Part shown: positions 55,654-64,000 of the stretch, piece after piece
Position numbering within the stretch: the first letter of the stretch is position 1
Layout of the letters: every line of letters starts with the position of its first letter
Origin: the human T2T-CHM13v2.0 reference genome, Homo sapiens
Assembly: GCF_009914755.1 (NCBI RefSeq)
Contig: NC_060944.1
Length of the DNA: 64,000 bases
Reading direction: 5' to 3' (one strand)
The notes under the pieces: model-generated
What the model was told of the DNA's origin: nothing
The model's input: the letters and a program-made list of their open reading frames with translations, nothing else
The model's database searches: none
Program-made: the position numbers and the translations under genes

Positions 55654-57991
55654 AGTTATGACTGATTTTATAACTGAATTATTTCTCTTCTTAATTCTGC
55701 TTCTTATAACCTAGTGGGAAACAACCAATGAACAAGATGAAAATCTAATTGAAACCACCATTTATTTTCCTGAGTCAGTCCAGGTTTGTAACTAATTTGT
55801 AGATTATCTCAATGTTGAACTTTGCTGAGTTTTGTGAGGACATGGAGATTTTATAAGCCAAGGACGTAGATATCTCTGGGAGGACATTTTCTTGTCTACC
55901 ACAGTACATCTTGTTGCTATTCATTACTAAATCCTTACTTTGAGATCTTAAAACAGGGAACATCCTACCAATGTCAGTTCAGATGCAAATTTGTTTGAGC
56001 TTGTGTTCTCTCTTGATTAATACATTTCAGAGAGTTAATTTGTTTACCAAGAAGAAAATCATTTTTTTGTATTGGTTACCAATGAAAAGTGGCATAGTCC
56101 AACTAAAGAGAGTACGCAAAGATGGGTTTTGTACCTCCTGGGGAGATGCTAGCTACCCAGAAACGTAGACTAATAATAAATAAGATTACTGGCCATCAGC
56201 CGGTTTTGCCAGGTGATGGCATGAATGTTCAACGTATGCTTTTATGCAATTCTGTGATGCTGCAGTAATTGGGGAAGGCATTAGCTGACAGCAGTCCCTG
56301 ATTCGATCCATCTCTTTCTGGCTCTGGTTACTTCTGACTCATAAAGTGGACAGGGAAAGCAAAAGGAGAAATGTGTATAATAGTAAAATGTTCACTTGCA
56401 GTGTGTCGTGTACCCTTAGGCTAAAGATAGACAAGCATCTCAGAATCTGGGTCCCATATTCTCATTTCCCCGTATATAATTCCTCAAGTGGGCAGAAGTG
56501 TATCTGGTTATATAATCCAGTTATAGTGGGAAGAGAAACTATGTTTAAATATGCATAGGGAGAAATCATTGTCAGCTACAGATACATATTTAATTACAGT
56601 AAGAAAAAAATATGAATTTGAAAATGATGTGGGGGTTGTTTTATTCAAATTGGGGTTCTAATTCAGTCTAAAAAAAACTGAGCAGTGTTGTTGAAATGAT
56701 TGCCTCTTAGCAGATAGTATGTGTATATGTATTCTGTAGCTCTGCCTGACTTAAAGAGGCTTTTACAACAGATGGAAAGGCATAGTGAGAGAAGAAAATA
56801 ATTTAAATTTAACCCTTTGTAAATACTCTAGCTTTAAGGGCATTTTGCCTTCCTTGGGTTGTGGGTAGAGTATGCTATCATATCTGAACTGTGTGTTCCC
56901 CTTATAACATCCTGTGCTAAGTGCTCATGCTCCCCAAAATTCAGGTCCCTCTAAATGATGGTGATGGGAATCCAACTCTGACAGTTTGACCCCAGATGTG
57001 TGCTTTACACTGACCCAAGATATAGCCTAGCAATATACGATGTAAAAATTAACATTAACTCATTGACTCAACTACTAAATAGGTACTAAAAGTCAAGCTT
57101 TTTGCTAGACCTGAGAATATAGAAGTTGAATTTAGCTCTTGCCCTCAAAGAATTTACAGTCTAGGGGGTAGACCTGCTCCTAAACTAGCAATTAAGTCTT
57201 TAATATCTATGCATTTATTCTGCAACACTGAATTTAAAACAGGTTTTTCTCAGAAGCAATTTTGTTTCTACAAACTGTCTCCTGGGCTCAGAGTCCCTCG
57301 TGTTACCGAGTTCCTTGAAAGCCATGCTTATTGCTTTTAAATGCAACATATCTCGGGTTGATGTTTTTGTTCTATAGTAATCCTTTCATTCCCTTTTTTA
57401 TTTGAGAGTTTGAAAATAATGTTGTGTGCAAAATCCCTAAGGAATTAGCAGAGCTGATTTGATTCAAATATAACTTCCCACCCTGTGTGCAGTGTCATGC
57501 CCCTGAGTTTCATATACATGAGTTCTAACCCCTTCTTGTCTCTTGCCAAGATTTATCAGCAATTGGTTAACCTATTTGGGTTAGCTTAGCTTCATTTTCT
57601 TCATCTGAATAATCGGCATAGGTATGGATTCTCACAAGAATCAGATGCTATTTTACAGAAGTTTTATAACAAGCTTAAATTTTGAAATAAAACTAAAGCA
57701 TCATGATGTAGGCAACATGGGATAAAATTGTAGCCTAACCACTGTGTATGCTGGAGTCACGCAATTTGAATTATACAGTCTTTGAGGTTTCATATGTTTT
57801 AGTTTAAAGGCTGACTTTGCCATTTGTAAGCTGGGTGGCTTTGGGTGATTTGTTTAATATTTCTCTGTTAGTTTCCTTATTAGTAAAATAAAATAATAAT
57901 GTTTTCTTTTATAGGCTTTATAATAACGATGAAGGTGCTGGTGGAGATGATAAAGTGATGATGATAGTGTTGGTGGTGATGATAGTGTCTC

Positions 57992-58350
57992 TGCAGTGGC
58001 TGGAATATTTATGCACCCCCCGCTCCAAATTTAAATGTGGAAATCCTAACCCCCAAGGATTTGGTATTAGGAGATGGGGCCTTTGGGAGGTGATGAAGTC
58101 ATGAATCACAAATAGGAGTAGTGCTTTTACAAAACAGACCCCCAGGTAGTCATTTATCTTTTCATCATGTGAGAACACAGCTAAAAGATTGCTGTCTATG
58201 GACCATGAAATGGGCCCTCACCAGATGCTGAACTTGCCAGTGCCTTGATCTTGGACTTCTCAGCCTCCAGAGATGAGCAATAAATTTCTGTTGTTTATAA
58301 GCCATCCAGTTTATGATGTTTTGTTATAGAGGCCCAAATGGACTCAGCCT
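57992..58350 (+). mobile_element. MLT1A-like MaLR LTR
   Basis: ggtattaggagatggggcctttgggaggtgat, gccttgatcttggacttc, aataaatttctgttgtttataagcca. Confidence 0.8.
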
Positions 58351-58464
58351 TACAGTTATTAAGCCCTTCCTTCTTGCCAGTACTGTGCTGAGTACTCTAC
58401 ATGCATCACCTCATAGCATTCTCAGTTGCCCCCTCTGGTAGCTACTATCATAATCCCTATTTTC

Positions 58465-59435
58465 TTTTTTCTTTTTTATTATACTTTAAGTTTTAGGGTA
58501 CATGTGCACAACATGCAAGTTTGTTACATATATATACATGTGCCATGTTGGTGTGCTGCACCCATTAACTCGTCATTTAACATTAGGTATATCTCCTAAC
58601 GTTATCCCTCCCCCTTCCCCCCACCCCACAACAGGACCCAGTGTGTGATGTTCCCCTTCCTGTGTCCATGTGTTCTCATTGTTCAATTCCCACCTATGAG
58701 TGAGAACATGTGGTGTTTGGTTTTTTGTCCTTGTGATAGTTTGCTGAGAATGATGGTTTCCAGCTTCATCCATGTCCCTACAAGGGACATGAACTCATCC
58801 TTTTTTATGGCTGCATAGTATTCCATGGTGTATATGTGCCACATTTTCTTAATCCAGTCTATCATTGTTGGACATTTGGGTTGGTTCCAAGTCTTTGCTA
58901 TTGTGAATAGTGCCGCAATAAACATACATGTGCATGTGTCTTTATAGCAGCATGCTTTATAATCCTTTGGGTATATACCCAATAATGGGATGGCTGAGTC
59001 AAATGGTATTTCTAGTTCTAGATCCCTGAGGAATCGCCACACTGACTTCCACAATGGTTGAACTAGTTTACAGAACCACCAACAAACTACCATCAGAGTG
59101 AAGAGGCAACCTACAAAATGGGAGAAAATTTTTGCAATCTACTCATGTAATGAAGGGCTAATATCCAGAATCTACAATGAACTCAAACAAATTTACAAGA
59201 AAAAACAAACAACTCCATCAACAAGTGGGCGAAGGTTATGAACAGACACTTCTGAAAGGAAGGCATTTATGCAGCCAAAAGACACATGAAAAAATGCTCA
59301 TCATCACTGGCCGTCAGAGAGATGCAAATCAAAACCACAATGAGATACCATCTCACACCAGTTAGAATGGCGATCATTAAAAAGTCAGGAAACAACAGGT
59401 GCTGGAGAGGATGTGAAGAAATAGGAGCACTTTTA
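58465..59435 (-). mobile_element. L1PA3/4-like insertion, 5'-truncated with a 5' inversion
   Basis: Minus-strand 3' end 58465-59084 (ORF 58683-59093 is the ORF2p C-terminus) plus plus-strand segment 59085-59435; 16-bp TSD cataatccctattttc. Confidence 0.95.
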
Positions 59436-60837
59436 CATAATCCCTATTTTCAATGAGAAGTTGAGGCTTGTGGAGTTGCTTAACATGTCCAGGATCACCT
59501 AATGCTCCAACATAAGTTTGATTAACTTTAATACTTTTAATATATATTGTGTCTCAGTTAATGTTTTATTGTGCTCTAGTAGTTTAAACTGCGTTATCTT
59601 GTATCAAGAATTCAGGTGTAATAAAGATTAAAAGGGACATGATGTATGTTTAATATTTAGCATCTGTTCCATAGTAAATGCTAAATAACTATTAGATATT
59701 TAATTGGTATTAGATCTATTTCTTTTTTAACTTATAAATTATAATAGTTATTGATTCTATTATTGCCTTTAAAATTTAAAACCATTCTGAAATGATGAAA
59801 TGGTTTATTCTCCTCTATAAGGATGCAAAAGTTACTATTGCCCATATCACTGAAGATGAGGGAATGCCAAGATTTTTAAAATTTCTACAGAATAGCAAAA
59901 ATAGTTTCATCATTTAGGTCAAAGTTTCAAGTTTGAGTAAGGCTTATATTCATTTTTTTCAAATAACTAGCTTGTATTTTTAAACAAATATCACTAAAGT
60001 CTATAATATCATTATCTTATGATTCAGTAAAGAAAGAGAAATAAGCTGTTTAAATATGATGCCATACAAATTCATTCAAAAGAGAATGATGCATTCAATA
60101 ACTATGTTTGTGAATTTGGCTCTATGCTATGAGATACCCAATTTGTCTTATTTTATCCTTGAATTCATACTTCTTTAAGCTTCAAGGAGATGTGATGCAT
60201 TAGAAATTGTAGATTATCTGTGGCAAATTTGACTCCAGGCTTTTAGTAACACCTCATTTCAAATTCTCAAAAGAGAATCCTGTTGTCTTAATGTTTTGGT
60301 CTTCGACATCCAAGTGTGTTTTAACCTCTATGGTGCACATACCTGCCCACCACTGCTCCTTGACCTGCAGCTTCACTGAACATTTGAACTCTTGTTGCAA
60401 TGCTTATGTTATTGGGCCCCTCCACATCCTTGCCACAGTTGATTGAACCAAAGGCAACTCAGTAGAACACTCCTAATCCTGCCCCCTAAACCCTCCCCGT
60501 AAGTCCTTGTCATCTCAGTAAACGACATCTCCAATCTTCCACTTGCTTAGGTTATCAACCTTAAGTCACTCTTGAGTTCTCTCTTTTTCTCACATTTTAT
60601 TAGCAAATTCTAAGCCCCTTATCAAATTCCATTAGCTCTGTGTTCAAAACACATCTGGATATAGTGATTGATACCCCTGTTGTTTCCACTCTAGGTCAAG
60701 ATTTCATATATAATCACCTGGGCTATTGCAATCACCTTCTAACTTGTTTCCTTTTCTACCCCTGCCCATTTTTGATTGAGGTGATTTTTGAGACTGTAAG
60801 ATCATACCACTCCTCTGCTCAAAATTCTGCAAGTCTT

Positions 60838-61157
60838 GGCCAGGTAAGGTGGCTCATACCCATAATCCCAGCACTTTGGGAGGTGAAGGCAGGAGGATTT
60901 TTTGAGCTCAGGAGTTTAAGACCACTCTGGGCAACACAGCAAGATCTCATCTCTACTAAAAATAATAATAAAAAATTATCTGGGTGTGGTGGTGTGTGCT
61001 TATAGTCCTAGCTACTTGGAAAGACTGAAGCAGGAGGACTTGCTTGAGCCCAGGAGGTTGAGTCAGCAGTGAGCTATGATCATGCCACTGCACTCCAGTC
61101 TAAGCAACAAAGCAAAACCCTGTCTCAAAACAAACCAACAAAAAACAACAAAAAAAC
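60838..61157 (+). mobile_element. AluJ
   Basis: ttgagcccaggaggttgag..gtgagctatgatcatgcc. Confidence 0.88.
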
Positions 61158-61168
61158 CTACATGTCTT

Positions 61169-61210
61169 ATATTTTACGTATAATAAAATATATTTTACGT
61201 ATAATAAAAT
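61169..61210. repeat. Perfect 21-bp tandem duplication
   Basis: atattttacgtataataaaat x2. Confidence 0.9.
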
Positions 61211-61538
61211 ACAGAGTCCTTCATGGCCTCTGAAGTTTCCCATGATTGTGTGTCTGCATCCTTCTGTGATGTGGTCTTCTATCACCCTTCCCTTTACTCT
61301 GTAAGCTGACTTGCTTTTTCTTAATTATGGTAGACACACTTGCCCCAGGGTCTTTGCACTTACCCTCTCCTAAGAATGATCTTTCCCTGCTTGTGGCTCG
61401 GCTTGCTCCCTTACATCACCTGGCCTTCTGGTTGAATGGTGCCTGCTTGAGGGACCTGTGAGCAACCTTCGAGGCAGCACCTCTCTCCCTCATGGCACTT
61501 ACCATCTGTTATCTGGTATCATGTCACTTTTCACCAGC

Positions 61539-62336
61539 TGTGGTATCCTTTTTTTAATGACATGACTTCTGACATCACATTTGCTGTTCTCTTTTTCCAT
61601 ACCAATTCTCCAATAATAATTAGTGCTCAGCAAGTTAATTCAATGCTGGTACTAACTCCTGGAGCTTGTAGAGATCCCGCTGGTTAAAGGCTCAATCCCA
61701 CAAGACTGTCCCTACTTCAGACGCCAACCACAAGGGGGTCCCAGCCTACCCACACCTGTTTAGCAGACTAGAAATTTATAGGTTCCCATTCTCAGGTTTC
61801 ATAATTCACTAGAACAACTCACAGAACTCAAGAAAACACTTTACTTATATTTACTGGATTATTATAAAGGATTCGACTCAGGAACAGGCATAAAAGAAAT
61901 GTATATGGTATGGGGTGTGATGTGAGGAGCTTCTGTGTCCTCTTGAGGGATGCCATCCTCCCAGGATCTCAGTGTGTTCACCAGTCTGGAAGCTCCCCAG
62001 ATCTTGTCATCTAGGTGCTTTTATGAAGATTTCATTACTTAGGCATGATTAATTGAATCATTGGACATTGGTGATTAGCTCTATCTTTAGCTCCTCTCCA
62101 GCTGGGGTTGGGACTGAAAGTTCCAACTCTCCAATCACAACGTTGGTTCTTCTGCCCAGTTGAGAGTCACCTCATTATCATAAACTCAAGACTGGTTGAA
62201 AGGGGCTAGTTTTGAATCACAAGAGACACTCCTAAAATTCCAGTCACTTTTGTCACTCAGGACATTCCAGGGGTTTGGGAGTCTCTGTGCTGGAACCAGG
62301 GACAAAGATGAAATACATGTTTCTTGTTATATCACA
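61539..62336 (-). mobile_element. MER21-family solo LTR
   Basis: cccacaagactgtccctacttcagacgcca, actcacagaactca, terminal tatcaca; 5-bp TSD ccagc both sides. Confidence 0.8.
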
Positions 62337-62477
62337 CCAGCCAAACTGCTTCATATTGTTCTTGGGTGTTGTCTGTCCCCACTTGCAAGAACTTAGCTCT
62401 ACAGAAACAAGTCACTTTTGCCAGTTTTATTACTGGTCTCATTTAGCACCCCAAGCAGTGCCTAATACACCACAGAC

Positions 62478-62695
62478 CAGGGGTGTCTGATCTTTTGTCT
62501 TCCCTGGGCCACATTGGAAGAATTGTCTTGGGCCACACCTAAAACACACCAACACTAACGATAGCTGATGAGCTTTAAAAAAAAGCACATAAAGATCTCA
62601 TAATGTTTTAAGAAAGTTTACGAATTTGTGTTGGGCGGCATTTAAAGCCATCCTGGGCTGCATGTAGACCATGGGTCGCAGGTTAGACAAGCTTG
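62478..62695 (+). mobile_element. MER30 (hAT-Charlie)
   Basis: caggggtgtc..ccctgggccacattggaagaattgtcttgggccacac..gacaagcttg; 8-bp TSD ccacagac/ccatagac. Confidence 0.88.
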
Positions 62696-62824
62696 CCATA
62701 GACACTCAATCAGTACTTACTGAATGAATTACTTACGTGAATTAAATTGGACATTAATTAATGCAATACTTCATGGAGGAAGACCATAGGTAGAGGCAGA
62801 CATGAGTGAAAACACGCTCCATGA

Positions 62825-63176
<352 letters not shown>

Positions 63177-63639
63177 CAAAGTTGTTTTCTGAAGAGCTTT
63201 CTGGTTGGATTTTTACTTTTTCATGATACTTTGTTTTACTTCTTTTTCTTGGAAAATTCTCTGAGCTTTGCCTCTGTCCTGAAAACAAATTCTCCTTTTC
63301 TTAAGTAAGGTTGAGTGGGTTTTCCATTTGTTGTAAGCCAAAATACCTTGGCAAATGTAATCCTTCTAAGCCTATTAGAGTAAAAAAAGTATGTCTGGTA
63401 CATAATAGGTGCTCAAAAATATTTGCTGAATGAATGAATGATAGCTACAAAGAGAAAGGCTTGTATTTCCTATTGGCTTCAGGGAGAAAGTTCTAACACA
63501 TTTGATTCCTGGCCATTGTAGTGCCAAAGTCAGAAATGCATTAAGCTTTCTGAAAGGAACCATCAAACTTGGCCTCTTTGAGGGCACTTAACTTCAAAGC
63601 TCCAATAGAAATATTACAACTATTAATTAAATAACTTTA

Positions 63640-63956
<317 letters not shown>

Positions 63957-63966
63957 AATAACTGCC

Positions 63967-64000
63967 TTTTTTTGTTGTTGCTTTGAGATGGAGTTTTGTT
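63967..64000 (-). mobile_element. Tail end of another Alu (runs out of the window)
   Basis: T-rich tail followed by tttgagatggagtttt. Confidence 0.6.

Larger units (their letters stand above)
60300..61538 (+). mobile_element. L2 interrupted by AluJ
   Basis: catctcagtaaacgacatctcca, tcacctgggctattgcaatcacctt, gggtctttgcact. Confidence 0.65.

Noticed and set aside
57530-57590. Pyrimidine tract + AG + ATTTATCAG (I-Y-Q), resembling the expected start of DOK5 exon 2
   Set aside because: It continues QLVNLFGLA* rather than RCWLVFKK and lies in MIR-like sequence; a chance match
58425-58444. CTCF-like ccagagggggca on the minus strand
   Set aside because: Spacing does not fit the CCASYAGRKGGC core in either register
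58573-59365. ORFs with L1 ORF2p similarity
   Set aside because: Fragments of a truncated, inverted L1; not an autonomous element or host gene

Overview
Primate (human-like) genomic DNA, repeat-rich and mostly non-coding. The one gene I can support is DOK5 on the + strand. It has a CpG-island promoter (~15.5-17.0 kb) and a first coding exon at 16287-16352 ([22 protein letters not shown], start of the PH domain) ending at a GTGAGT donor. The rest of the window is intron 1; exon 2 was not found. Everything else is Alu, L1, L2, MIR, L3, LTR (LTR8, THE1, MLT, MER41A, MER21, LTR16/33-like) and DNA-transposon remnants, plus microsatellites. Repeat subfamily calls come from recalled consensus sequences and need RepeatMasker/Dfam confirmation. 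I found no new protein-coding system. The most unusual signals are: (i) several locally templated insertions, including a ~260-bp patch made of two inverted copies of neighbouring DNA (5337-5593) and a composite patch at 34876-35074; (ii) a strong RE1/NRSE (REST)-like site in intron 1; (iii) a 4-codon uORF and a competing splice donor near exon 1; and (iv) well-preserved retrotransposition scars, such as a twin-primed L1, a tiny L1 with a split tail and re-used Alu target sites.
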